The notes beneath the pieces are model-generated. The model was given only the letters and a program-made list of their open reading frames with translations, had not been told where the DNA came from and made no database searches. Shown piece by piece: positions 49,099 to 62,025 of a DNA stretch of 64,000 bases (the first letter of the stretch is position 1; each line of letters begins with the position of its first letter). Made by a program: the position numbers and the translations under genes. Origin of the DNA: Alloascoidea hylecoeti. Taxonomy: Eukaryota. The stretch spans positions 646,194 through 710,193 of the forward strand of contig BCKZ01000009.1 in the NCBI GenBank assembly GCA_001600815.1. Reading direction: 5' to 3'.

Positions 49099-50467
49099 CT
49101 AGCTAAAGAACTTTGCATATTTCTTCCTTTCATTTTGTTTTCTTATCTCAACAGCTTTTGTAACGATTGCTATTTCATTTTCAATTGCCCTGTTATTTGG
49201 AATAAATTCGTTAGCTTTATTTAAATCTGTCAATGCTAATTCAAAGTTATGTTTTTTAAAATATGCCGATCCCCTTCTGAAATATGCCTTTGCTTGTTCA
49301 GTTTCGGGTACTTTATTCATTTCTAATACATATGTTGAAGATTTTATGACTTCATCATAATTTTGAAGTTGTAAATTAATGAGAGCTATATTTAAATGCA
49401 GTGACCTCTTTAAAACCGAATATTTTTTAAAAAAATCGGGGCTATCATCTGGATCAGGTAAGTATTCATTAGAGTATCTTAAACTCTTCCGATATTTGTA
49501 TAAAGCGCCCGCTTTATCACCTTTCCTTAATAATAGAGTACCCGATTCTTTAATAGTCAAGGCTGCTTGATAGGCGCTAGCAGTTGAATCATGATCAATG
49601 TGTGTATCATCATCAGGTAAGTCCTCAAAATGGTCTCCTCCAATCTGATCATATCCACTATTATATACAGGAATTCCTAAATATTCTTCCCAAACACCAC
49701 AATCTGCGATCCTAATTCTTTGTGATGGAATGGGAATCTCATTTGCATCAATCTCAACTCGTTCAATCGCCCTGATAATTGATCTTCCACTGATGACTTT
49801 TCCAAATACGACATGCTTTCCAGATAAATGAGGAGATGGAATAGTATTAATGAAAAATTGTGAACTATTTGTATTTGGACCAACGTTTGCCATACAAACT
49901 AAAAAAGGTTCTGTTATTTCTTTCTTAAGATTTTCATCATCAAATAAGCCATATGAAAATTCTGTATCTTTGGATGATAATGGGAAAATCGATGCACCAC
50001 CCGTTCCAAGATCATCATTGGGATATTCTGCTCCATCACAAACTATATCACCAGCTTGTATCATGAAGTTCTTAATTACTCGGTGGAATGAATTGCCCTG
50101 CAAAATTTATCGAGATTAGACTTTTCATTCTAACTCAAATTCTCAATCTATACTCACTTTATAGCTCAATTTGATACCTTTATCATTGATTTTATCACCT
50201 TTACACAAATCTAAAAAGTTTTGACTTGTTTTAGGAACCTCTTAGATTCAATTAGTTTTATTTTTTGTGAAGCAAGTAATATTTAGGAATCTTCATTATT
50301 TACCATCATCAAACTAAAAGAAAAAAAAGATTAGAAATTTGAGTTTTCACATTTAAATTACAGAAGAGAAAATCACATACCAACTCAATAATAATTCTAC
50401 CTTCCAGCTTTCCTGATATAGATATATCAAGAAAAACTTTGGAATGGAACAGTTCTATTTCCACCAT
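49099..50467 (-). CDS. CPR7: Cyclophilin-40 PPIase with TPR domain, 3 introns (50314-50380, 50241-50303, 50098-50157)
   Basis: The spliced product reads [37 protein letters not shown]...YKGNSFHRVIKNFMIQAGDIV, followed by C-terminal TPRs. The GDIV insert and linkage to GEA favour CPR7 over CPR6. Confidence 0.85.
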
Positions 50468-50570
50468 TTTATCAGATCTAAATTGATGGTTACTATTAAA
50501 TATTCACTCTTTTTTGTTTTTCTTTTCGTTTTGCCACCTTAAAAATATTTGATCCTAGTGAAAAATATCA

Positions 50571-50578
50571 TTACCCGG
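50571..50578 (+). promoter_or_regulatory. Reb1-type site TTACCCGG in the CPR7/NDUFAF6 divergent promoter (also at 23874-23881 and 52063-52070)
   Basis: Exact TTACCCGG matches lie about 90-300 bp upstream of start codons. Confidence 0.55.
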
Positions 50579-50666
50579 ATAAATCGAAAACTGTACCTTG
50601 AATTTAATAATTACAAATATTTGTGCAAAAAAAAACTCCTGGATCTCTTGATCAATATTAATATCA

Positions 50667-51806
50667 ATGATAGTGATACAGAGGGCGGCTCGACCAATAG
50701 TTAAAGCAGCTGGTATAGAATTCAAAAGACATTTATCAACTCAATTAATAGTATCAGCTACACAGAGCTGTGAAAGCTTATTAGAAAGATATGATCGGTC
50801 ATCATGGCTTTTAGCAAGATATATTCCAGAACCAGCAAGGAATACATTTTTAGCTATTCGATCATTCAATATTGAAATATCAAAAATCATGAATAGTTCA
50901 CATAATGTTTCTGAAGAGGTCAGAGGTGCTACTGGAGGTTTAAGTACCGCATCTATAAAATTAGATTTTTGGGCAAGTCTGATAAACAATATTTTCTCGA
51001 ATTATGAGAAAGATCTGTTAACCGGTGAACCAGTGGGAATATTGTTACAGGAAGCATTGATGAAGGAACAGATCATGGATCCACAGAGATTCTTAACAGC
51101 TATTCAATCTCGAAAATTATTTCTAGAGAACCCCAGTTTCCCTAATATCGATGCAATTTGTTCATATGGAGAAGGTACCTACTCCCAATATAACTACTTA
51201 ATACAGTCTGTTTTACTGTCTGATTCTATATCACCAACTTCAAGAATATTATTAGAACAATATCCTGAAATACAAAGTAATGTAGTCGATATTGCAGCTC
51301 ATATTGGACAGGCTACTTCGGTAGCAACATTTTTACTCGGTTTTCAATACTATACAAGTTCAATGGGTCAAATACTGCTACCAATTGATCTAATGACAGA
51401 ACAGAACTTATCACAAGAAAGTGTGATCAGACTGAATATGGGTAAATTAGCAGAATCAGAAAGTAAAGATACCAGAGAAAAGTTAAGAGAAGTTGTGTTT
51501 CAAACAGCTACAAGAGCAAATGATCACATTCTAGCAGCACGCTTTAAATTAACAAAGGTTCAAGATCGTATCAAGGAAATATCAAAGGATTCAAATACAG
51601 ATCCAAGAATTAGCAAAGTATGTCATAGATGGAGAAAAAATATATCCGATGCAATTTATATACCCTATATAGTTGTTCACCCAACAACTTTATTTTTAGG
51701 GCGATTAGAGAAAGCTGATTTTGACCTTTTTGACCCATCATTGCAAACAAAAGAATATAGGTTGGCTTGGAAAAGTTTTTGGAGTTATTATAGAAGAACA
51801 ATATAA
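50667..51806 (+). CDS. NDUFAF6-like Complex I assembly factor (squalene/phytoene synthase fold)
   Basis: Presequence-like N-terminus, CESLLERYD...FLAIRSFNIE, IKLDFW, YGEGTYSQ, AAHIGQA, ATRANDHILAAR, LEKADFDLFDP. Confidence 0.85.
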   Translation: MIVIQRAARPIVKAAGIEFKRHLSTQLIVSATQSCESLLERYDRSSWLLARYIPEPARNTFLAIRSFNIEISKIMNSSHNVSEEVRGATGGLSTASIKLDFWASLINNIFSNYEKDLLTGEPVGILLQEALMKEQIMDPQRFLTAIQSRKLFLENPSFPNIDAICSYGEGTYSQYNYLIQSVLLSDSISPTSRILLEQYPEIQSNVVDIAAHIGQATSVATFLLGFQYYTSSMGQILLPIDLMTEQNLSQESVIRLNMGKLAESESKDTREKLREVVFQTATRANDHILAARFKLTKVQDRIKEISKDSNTDPRISKVCHRWRKNISDAIYIPYIVVHPTTLFLGRLEKADFDLFDPSLQTKEYRLAWKSFWSYYRRTI

Positions 51807-52191
51807 GAAAACACAAATAAGCACAACTCCAACTTGTAAATATCGGTTTTGCGTATTTTATTAGATACTATTAAATAACCATCTGGATCTAAACAAACAA
51901 TGATTATTATATATGTAGTCCGTATGTTTTTCCGTAAATGAATGTATAGAAAAGTATTTTGTTTCTATTGTTTGAAGCGAAATGTTTATTTTTAGATGGC
52001 AGACGGTGGGGTGCCAATTGTTCCGTATTCGCATCATACCAAATTTCATTTTTCTAAAACTCCCGGGTAACTTTGGATTGAAGAACAACAATAGTACAAC
52101 ATTAACATTAACACCTTCAACAAATACTTGGAAGCCTTGATAATTATAACCTGGTAAAATAATCAGATTATTAATATTATCTTCCGTTATA

Positions 52192-55100
52192 ATGATGGTT
52201 ACATCTTTGTCTTCACTTAATGGAAATACCAAGAATAGATCTTTCAATCAAAATCGACAATGTGGAATAACTGTCACTTCTTCCATTGATCCAACAACAT
52301 TAGTAATTAAAGAATGCGACTCTCTTATTGCTTCAATGCGCAAAGTGCTTCGGTGGTCCCAGACAGGTGTTGGGGCCATTTTTGGTGCCCATACAGCAGA
52401 CATTTTCAGTGACGAACATGAGACATTTGCCTCAAGACTTGGCTTAAGAACACGCAATACTAGCTCAGAAGAGGTAAGAAATTCATATTGGTTTACTTTT
52501 TGATCTTTACTGACTTATTAAGAATCCTCTGCTTTCCTCTCTAATTCAACTGAGATCAATGCTCTTGGAAGTTGATACTTTAGAAGATGTGGACACTTTA
52601 ACTCTTCTGCAGCCATTTTTACTTTGTATCAGATCTCCAACTACCAGTGGATTTATCACGGCTCTTACAATTTCCTCAGTATATAAACTGATCACTTACT
52701 CTATTATAAATTGCGACTCAAAAAACGTGAATGCCGCCCTACCACCTCTTGTGTCTGCTCTTACTCATTGTAGATTCGAGGCAGCTGATCAAGCTTCTGA
52801 TGATACTGTGTTATTAAGAGTATTGAAATTACTAGAATTACTAATGTTATCATCTCTGTCGGAACTACTTTCTGATGAGGTGGTAATTGAGGTTCTACAA
52901 ACATGTCTCGTCTTGGCATGTAATAAACGACGATCTGAAGTTCTGCGTAAGGCATCTGAAATGACAGTTACATCAATTACAATTCGAGTTTTCAGCAAAC
53001 TGCAGTTTATTATACCCGAAGAATTGAATACAGGAATACCTATTCATATGGTAGATTACCCACATTCAAAATTTCCAACAGGCCATGAATCCTCTGAAAC
53101 ATCACCTAAGGATGATGCGCCTGATGAGTTAACAACTACTGGTATGGACTCAGATGGTAGCAATGATGATGAATCATCTCGCCCCGAAATTACGTCAAGA
53201 CGAGAAAGGGCTTTATCTACGGCCACAAGACAATCAGAAGCAGTTGAATCAAATGAGCAAGCATTTGGATTGACTTGCATGGCAGAGTTTCTCAGCTCTT
53301 TAATTGCAATGATTTCACCTTCAAATCAATTGAATCAACTTGAGAGCAATCGCAATTTTTGTTTAACTTTGATTAATGTTTCATTAGAAGTTTCTGGGTC
53401 ATATTTTACCAAACATGCAAAGCTAATATCTTTAGCTTCAGATGATTTATGGAAAAATGTTACTCAAATTCTCCAAACTTCCGATTCACAAGTATTGCTA
53501 ATATCGGCTGTTAGACTTTTTGCAAGTTTGGTTACATCTCTTGGTGTAGAGTCTGCCACAAAATATCAAGTAGAACTTGCAATTAATACCATTTTACAAT
53601 CTCTCTATGATGGTAACATAGATGACTTTGAAAAAGCTCCTCTACCGGAAAGGACAAACTCTCTTAGAAAACGGTCAAGTACTCCTAATTTATCAGGGAA
53701 AAGTACACCAGTGAACACGTCAAGGCCTCAAAGTTCCAAGGAAATTTTAATTGATGGTTTGGTTTCTCTTTGGACAAAACAACCGACTTTTTTTACTAAT
53801 TTATTCAAAATATACGACTGTGATTTTGAAAGTTCAGATGTTGCTACTAAAACTATACGATTTTTATGTGATTGTGCAATGCCTAGTTCACCTAATTGGA
53901 CCTCTGATGTTCTTCCTCCCCAATGCCTAGATGGAATATTTTCTTTCTTAATTTCAATTTCAAATCGTGTGGATTTAATGAAAGTGTCTGGTATCCAACC
54001 ATCACAATCTTCTTCCAAATATTTACTTAATAAGGAAAAGAAATATTCTTTCATTAACTGCGCTAATAAATTTAACGAATCTGCAAAAGCTGGAATTAAA
54101 TTACTAGAGAAGCGAGGCTTCATTTCATCAAGCGAAGACCCAGTAATTGTCGCTGATTTTTTATTCAAAAGATCAGGAAGATTGAATAAAAAAGTTCTTG
54201 GTGAATATTTAGCAAAACCTGCAAATATAACCATACTATTTGAATTTATGAAATTGTTTAACTTTAAAGGTTTACGATTAGATGAAGCACTCAGAATTTT
54301 GTTACGCAGTTTCAGATTACCTGGAGAATCACAACAAATTGAACGAATTGTAGAAACTTTTGCTGAAAGGTATATTGAATGTCAACAACGAGAAGAAAAA
54401 ACAAGCGAAGAAGAAAAACCAGAAGAAAAACCGGAAAGTATTTCATCAGCAGGTGAAGTCGCTGATAATGAAACTAAAGAAGAGCGACTAGAAGCTGGCG
54501 ATTGTGTAGCCGATAAAGATGCTGGATTTATCTTATCATATTCAATTATTTTACTTAATACAGATCTTCATAATCCACAAGTGAAGAAACCAATGTCTAT
54601 TAGTGAATATATGAATAATCTTAGGGCCACTAATGGTGGAAAAGACTTCCCCGTTTGGTATCTTGAAAAAATATATTATTCAATTCAAGAGCGTGAAATC
54701 GTTATGCCTGAAGAACATCACAAATCTGGGATGTGGTCTGATGAATTATGGAATAATGTTGTTAGTAAATCACAACAAGCTTCTTTAGAAAATCATGATA
54801 ATGGTATAGATGTTTTGGAATCCAATGATCTTGAACAGTTGGCTATATTTGATAAAGCCCTATTTGAAGAATCGTGGGAAAGGGTAGTTTTTACATTGGC
54901 ATCTATTTTTGATGAAGCTTCGGATGATAATATTGTAATGAAAATTATTGGGGCATTAGATAAATGTGCGTCTATTGCTGCATTTTATGATATTCCTAAA
55001 GTTATTGAAAAAATAGTAACATTATTGTCATCTATAACATCTCTTAAGGATAGAGAAGCGATTGCAGCATCAGATAATAATTCATCACAAGAAGCTCTTC

Positions 55101-57112
55101 CAACTACCCAACTAGAGGTATTAGATCAAAATAAACGGTGCACAATAACTGTTAGCGATGTGGCAGTCTCATTTGGCATGGACATTAGAGCTCAATTTGC
55201 AACTATAGTCACATTCAGAATTACTGCATTAAATGAACAATATATATCGAAGATAGGATGGAAAGATATTAGTCCGATTGTTTTGACACTTTTAGAAAAC
55301 AACCTATTGGATCCTAATATTTTCCCTGAAACGCAGTCATTTCTCAATCTAGGCCCATTACCTTCGGTTAAACCCCAATATGTTTTGAAAACTAAAACAG
55401 GCAAAGAAAATGGGATACTTTCTGCTTTATCTTCATTCATGAAGGGTTATTCAGACGAACCACCTGAGCCATCTGAAGATGAAATTGAAGCGACATTATG
55501 TACAATTGATTGCATTAAATCAAGTAGTCTTTTGGAAATTTTCGTTAATGCTCGCAAATTAAAACAACCTGTACTTGGAAGTTTCATTGATTCATTTGTT
55601 TCACTATTGCCTGATTTGGAAGATATCGAAAAAAGAACATTCATTCCAGCTACTTTATTCATTCTTGAGATGCTAGTTTCCTTATGTTTAAACACTCCAC
55701 TTGAAAGTGGATTAAGAGATCTGGTTATATGTACTCTTGAAAAATATATTGAAATACCCGTTTCAAAAGGTTGGGACTATGAAATTAAATCCAGGGTTTT
55801 GATTTATTATTTTACGGTGTTAAGAATTGGTCCATCATCACCCGAGCATGAGAAAAGTTTATTAAACCTTATTGGTAAACTAAGTTCGATTGAAAGGTCT
55901 TCATTACAAAATTTCAGTACTCATTTAATAAACCCATTGGCTTCTCTAGTGGATGAAGGAGCCTGGAGCTGTCGAACAGTATTATCAAGTCAGGAATACT
56001 GGGTAATTATCAGAGCTTTTGCGGCAAATAAAGATACAACATCAGATGTATTTGAATTTGTTGAAGGAATTATAAAATCTTCAACTAAAGAGATAAATCG
56101 AACAAATTACATTTTTTTGCTTGGTGTGTTAGATGAAATTGCTGCGATTGGGGCAGCTGGTGCACAGTTTGAACAATTGAATGATCATATTGCCACATTA
56201 GGTAGTAATACGGCAGCAAAGAATCGGATATCTCCATTTAAGGACGATGTTGAGAGGGCCATAAAAAGTATAGATTTAACTGTGGCTTTATCATCATTAA
56301 CACCGGCAATTGCAGAACGAGAGAGATCAAGGAAAGAAGTGCTGACGAGTGCAGAAGAGAAATTGGAAATAGATTTATGGCTTTCGATGATTCAAGCATT
56401 GGCCCATCAATGTTTAAATCCATGCAGAGAAATTCGAGCGCATGCTCTATCAAGTTGTCAACTAGCGATTTTATCCTGGAAAAGTCTTATTCCATATGCT
56501 TCTATTACATTATCACACATTTTTGACTATGGTCTTTTCCCCTTAATTCTTGAATTATTGAAATCAGAAGTGTTTGAAACGGATCCATATGGTATGGATA
56601 AAACTAGAATGGAAGTTGGTTCACTAATATGTAAAGTATTTCTTTTCTATGTGAATGATGCTACAAAGGAACATGATTTAGCAGAATTGTGGAAGAAGAT
56701 CGTTGATGTTCTTTACCAACTCGTTGGGTTGAGTAAAGATGCTGTCATGCGTGAGAGTATTGTCGAATCATTAAAGAACGCTTTGCTGGTTTTGAGTGCA
56801 TCTGTAGGGTTTTCTGAAAGTGATGAGCTTTGGACCACTACAGAAAGTAGTCTATGCAAGATGATACCTGGAATTAGAGAGACGTTATTTCCTGAGCATC
56901 CTATGATTACTTCCAAAATATCCGAAGAAACAAAAGAACAGCGTAATGAACCTGAGCCTGTAAAAGCTGAAGTAGTGGAAACTGCAAAACCAGAACAACC
57001 AGAAATTTTGGATGGTCAAGTTGAACCAGAGTTGAAGATAAAAGAAGCAGAAATTATAGAAACCGAGACTCCTGCTGATGACAGTAATAATGCTTCAGAT
57101 AGTGTTAGTTAG
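52192..57112 (+). CDS. GEA2: Arf GEF of the Gea/GBF1 family (Sec7 domain), 1 intron (52474-52522)
   Basis: ALTHCRFEAADQASDD, YDCD, and Sec7 motifs FRLPGESQQIERIVE and LSYSIILLNTDLHNPQVK. A 49-nt intron (GTAAGA...TACTGAC...AAG) joins the two ORFs in frame. Equivalent to GEA1/GEA2. Confidence 0.93.
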
Positions 57113-57321
57113 CTCATCAGTATTTGATTTTATATTTATATAAGTAACGTTGATAATCATAAAAAATTTAGATAATAATCATGCACTCACATGCAGACAC
57201 ACAACTTGGTGAATGTAATGGGTAATATATTTACGAAGTCCGGTTTTTTGTTTTTCCCAATCGCTTTCTTTTTTTTCTCATCACACTCTCCTATTTATCA
57301 TTACAATCATCAGTTTGTACG

Positions 57322-58392
57322 ATGAGCGCAACAACCTCCATAATTTCTGGTAATGATCAGGAACAAATGGAACCCCCTGTTGATTCTTCAGATGTGGATG
57401 ATGAATCTTTGAATGGAAAAACAATAGATTTCGAACCGAGTCCAACAAAGCCGGATGATAACGCTCTCAAGAAGTTCTTTTTTACTTTATGGATCCCTAC
57501 CTACTATCACCTTGTTGTAAGTTATAGGATCATTGACAGCTTCACTTACAATTCTAATTTCAAAAAAATAGGGATTTCCACATGGTTGGGGTACACTTTG
57601 GAGAAGACATCTGTATATTAGTGTGAGGTTTCGGATCTTGATGGCGCTCCTTTTCATGATTTTCATTACATGCAAGCTTATGATTGCTGGTCTTCCATTA
57701 ATGCCGTTTCTTGGTGCGAATATATACTACACAGTTACTTATCCTTTGAAAATGGCGGCTATTGGGCAGAAAATTACACTGGTATTGTTTTGGGGTTCTA
57801 TAAGAAACGGGGTATTTGACATTGTAAGTTTCAATTTAGAATCCCATCAAAAATGGAATATGATCCTCACATATTATAAATAATCATAGGTATTTATGGA
57901 AAGAAGTCAAGAATGCTCTCAAATAGTAATGAGTTTCCGAAAGGAAAGAATGGAAATGAAATTCACTAAAAAAGTTTGGTTGTTCATAAAGGGTGCACCA
58001 AAAAAACTATTTCTTGCTTTAATATCAGCAGCTTTTACATTTTTGTTAGGTCTAATTCCGGTGGTGGGATTTTCCATCAGTTTGGCTTGGGATATGCTAC
58101 AAACTTCGTTACATGTTCATTCCCGCTATGTCACTTTGGTAGGTCAAAAGAACAATGAATTTTTCATGGAAAGGAAATATCAGTACTTATGGTATGTCGT
58201 TGTAATCGATTCAACTTTTCATTTATAAATGATTGAACTAATCTAAGTGTTTCTAGCTATGGTATCGTCAGTTCGTTGATGAAGAACTTGATTCCATTTG
58301 TTGGCTTATTGTTGGACATAACATCGGCAGCCGGAGCTGGGAAATGGGCATCCAACTTGCACATGACTAAAACATCTTTCAAAAAAGATTGA
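57322..58392 (+). CDS. EI24-like / Lds-Rrt8 family membrane protein, 3 introns (57517-57571, 57824-57889, 58192-58256)
   Basis: Splicing gives one open frame with LLGLIPVVG, HSRYVTLVG and YGIVSSLMKNLIPFVGLLLDITSAAGAGKWA, resembling the Lds/Rrt8 spore-wall family. Confidence 0.7.
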
Positions 58393-58560
58393 TATCAGGA
58401 CATGTGTATTATATATTTATTAAAAGGCCCTGGAAGTATTATATAAATTATGAGATAGCTATAGAAAAATAAATACGTATGCCTGTACACCCGTGCACCC
58501 GTAGTAATGATAGGCAGCTTTTAGTAAGTAAATCGAACGTTGAATAAACTTGATGGTAGT

Positions 58561-59865
58561 ATGAATGGGAACGATCAGCCAAAAGACGTTAACCAGAACG
58601 CTTCGGTTGGTGCTGTGATTCAGGATAATCCCTCCAATAAGGTGGTGGGTGCTACAACAGCCGGCACAAGAGCCTTATCCGCACAGATTTTCCATTTTCT
58701 GATTCGTACCCCAGCAAAGTTATTTCGCCCTTCCAGATTTGATTATTTGGTGCTGCCTAGATTATTATCCGCAGAGGTGAACGAGAAGAGGCCATGGCGT
58801 TTTTCTACTCATTTTGGTCCTGTTTTGCTATTCAGAAGCATTAAAAAGCATGGTTGGGCCTTTATTCCCAATCAAGGTATGCAAATAAATGTTGGCAAAT
58901 CTGTTTGATGTTAAAGTTAATACTAATAATGCTTTATTCTAGTACTTCCCCCATTACTTGCAAATTCGGTGTATGTTCTATGATATTTAAAAAAGATATA
59001 CCTATATAGCCCTGTATTCTAATAAATCTATAGAACTGGTATTGTCTTATACACAACTTATCTTACTGCATATTCTTCATTTCAAGATCCAAACAATCCG
59101 TCCGCCACCAGAACTTTTCAAGCTGGCTTTATAGCTGGGGCAATGCAATCAATTGTCGCCACACCTTTAGATGCCATTTATACTCGATTTTCAGTAGCAG
59201 AACTACTAAAAGGCCATCATCAAAACATGTGGAGTTATGGACTTTATAAACTAAAAGAAATAGGGCCTATTGGTATTTTCTCGGGTTTTGGTCTTAGTTT
59301 CTTGAAAGAAAGTCTGGGGTTTGGTGTTTATTTTTCAACATTTGAACTTATTAGAAATAAAGGTTATAAACTAGCAACACAATCAATTAAAAAATATCAT
59401 GGAGCAAAGCAATGGTGGACTGGAAATCCAATGCCCACAGAAATGACTAAAGATGCTTTGGTTGAAAAGACAAGAACAGCTAGAATTTTACAAACAACTA
59501 GTGTTCTATTTGCTGGCGCTTCGGCTGCATTGGGATTACAATTTGTGCAATATCCTTTAAATAGAATACAAAAACTTCATCTATCACGATTGGAAACACT
59601 TGATATTACCCAACCTGAAAGACGACATTTATTTATGAAAGTTTATTATCATTCATACAATGAGGTTTGGCATCAGTTAGTTAACTTACAAGAAAAAACT
59701 AAAACTGGTTGGTGGCATTTGGCTTATAAAGGTTTCTGGAAAGGTGCTTTAAGTACTGTTCCTGGAACAAGTATTGGTTTACTTGTTTTTGAAATTATGA
59801 GAGCTCAATATACTGATGATGTAGAAGATCTTGAAATTCCTACATTTGCTGAGTTTGAAAGTTAA
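58561..59865 (+). CDS. Fungal mitochondrial carrier-family protein, 2 introns (58877-58942, 58971-59033)
   Basis: The spliced product reads GATTAGTRAL...RTPAKLFRPSRFDY...NQVLPPLLANSVTGIVLYTTYL...GFIAGAMQSIVATPLDAI...KESLGFGVYFSTFE, including a Px[D/E] carrier signature. Confidence 0.85.
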
Positions 59866-60479
59866 ACATATAGTTCAAACTTTAAATTTAAAAGCTTTGA
59901 TTCGTATATAAATTTTATTGTATATATACTATATATTCATTTTCCTTTTTCTGTTATTACATATATAGACTTGTAAATACTGATATTATAACTTATACTT
60001 TTACAATATGCATCTGAAAAATATCGATGATCCATAGCTATAAGTTTAGAAACTTGATTTAAATAATTTTTATTCAGAAATTTAGTAGCCCTAAAAAATA
60101 TCTTATCATGACCCTCGCTTTTGGTGTTTGTACCTGTGAATGTCAGATTTTAACTAATATAATATTGTCCGATATTCAGTTATATATTATTATTAGCACA
60201 GTTTCTTCTTTGAGGATTTTAGTACGATACATTAATATTTAGAATGACCGGATTGACATTTATACAATATATGATATTTTATGAGATATTAGTTTGACAT
60301 CCATATAACAACTGGGATTAATAACACCTTGAAATTGACTCATGAACTAATATGCACCCTGTAGTTTTATCTAACTATAATTGCAGTGAATGACTTGTGT
60401 CTAATTAATGACAGTCTAATAATTTTGTTTTTATAACAGGTATAAAAGTGATTCCAACATTTGAATTAAATAATCGGCC

Positions 60480-60900
60480 ATGAGCTGGTTAACTATTTTC
60501 AGAGCCAAGAAAACCACCAGTTAAATAGTCTAGCTCTCATAAACAGCAGAACAATTGTAGGATTGGGTCGCTACCAAGTGTGCATGCCAATTTAATAGAT
60601 ATAAATAAAACCACCGGGGAGAAAATAATACTTCATTGACTATTGTCCATGGCCAATAATTCTTGTCGTTCTGTTGACGATACCCCTTATGTTTTGGTAG
60701 AAAAGCTACGATAAATAAAGTCGAATCATATCATTCTTTCAATAAAACAACTACTCCTTTTTGCTAGAAAAGACCAAAAATAAAGTTTTGGGTGACTAGA
60801 CTTGTTGGATATACTTCTCTACCTAATTTCAATGAGATATAAGTTTTGTATCTCTTGACTTGACAAAGACAATCGCTTAATCCGGTTACGAGCTATTGAG
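60480..60900 (-). mobile_element. Possible second pogo/DDE_1 transposase relic
   Basis: Minus-strand fragments RQELLAMDN and MKLLFSPP resemble LLIMDN...KLLFLPP of DDE_1 transposases. Very degenerate. Confidence 0.25.
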
Positions 60901-61002
60901 TGTTAGAGCTTACAAGTGAACTACAATTCTCTATAGTCATTAATATTATTAAGGTTCCGAATTAATTCTTTCTTTTTTTGTGTTTCATTAATTTTTTTGT
61001 TT

Positions 61003-62025
61003 CTATATATTATATGTCGGTAGCTCTATTTCAGGTAAATATTCTCTATCAATATTAATTATATCAAGAAATAAACCTTCTTTATCAATTTCCATCATAT
61101 TAACAGATATAAATTCCTTATAAAGATGTTTTTCTTCCTGTTGGACTTCGTTTTCTTTAAAGTATTCAGCTAAAGTTCTTGGATCAACACGCTTATTACA
61201 ATAGTTGAATGGTAGTGATTTGTAGCTACTTCGGCTGTAACCATTATTATCATTGTCACACATAGTTGGTGACTCTTCAAATCGTTTTTGTAAATTGCTC
61301 TTTTGTATAATATCTATTATTACTTCAGTGTATTTTGATACATTTGACAAGAATTCAAATCCTTTCCCATGATAAATTGATGATAGACAGTTGTAATGAA
61401 AGGATGAAGCCAAGAAATAAAAATTTGAAATTAACGAATAATATTGAGCCAATTCAATACCATTAATCATTATATCAAATTTATTTTGATAAAAAGTCTG
61501 TGATTTTCTGGAAATATCATGTTTAATAATTTTATGTTTGATCTTAGGATCATCTTTAAAGTAAGTTAATTTTTTATAATACTCTAAAACAGAATTTAAG
61601 ATCTGATTCACATAGTTGATAAATTTACTATAATCTTTGTTATTTGTTAATATCGTCAAATTTTCTATCGACATTGAATCGCCGAGGTTATATTTTAAAA
61701 GAAAATAAGCTTCAACAACATTAATAAACTTAACAACATCTTCCAAATATTCAGTGTGAGTGTTTGTAATCTTTATAAGCACATTTTTGCATGCTTGGGA
61801 CTTGTCATTCTCCATTTTTAAGGTAATCATTCTCAGTTGTTCTTCTTTTACTCTTCGAGTTTTATACACCTTTTTGTTTCTTGAAGGTAACTCAGCATGC
61901 TCGGTTCGTCCTTCATTATTTTCTTGACTGGGAACATCATAATTAACAGCTTTTGTAGGTAGTAGCTTGTTACTAATATTTTTACGGAGGACATTAAGAG
62001 CAGATAAGAAAGTGTGATTAAACAT
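61003..62025 (-). CDS. Orphan family protein, copy B (about 340 aa)
   Basis: Intact ORF from ATG 62025 (MFNHTFLSALN). Its central part is near-identical to copy A. Confidence 0.75.
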   Translation of the reverse strand: MFNHTFLSALNVLRKNISNKLLPTKAVNYDVPSQENNEGRTEHAELPSRNKKVYKTRRVKEEQLRMITLKMENDKSQACKNVLIKITNTHTEYLEDVVKFINVVEAYFLLKYNLGDSMSIENLTILTNNKDYSKFINYVNQILNSVLEYYKKLTYFKDDPKIKHKIIKHDISRKSQTFYQNKFDIMINGIELAQYYSLISNFYFLASSFHYNCLSSIYHGKGFEFLSNVSKYTEVIIDIIQKSNLQKRFEESPTMCDNDNNGYSRSSYKSLPFNYCNKRVDPRTLAEYFKENEVQQEEKHLYKEFISVNMMEIDKEGLFLDIINIDREYLPEIELPTYNI

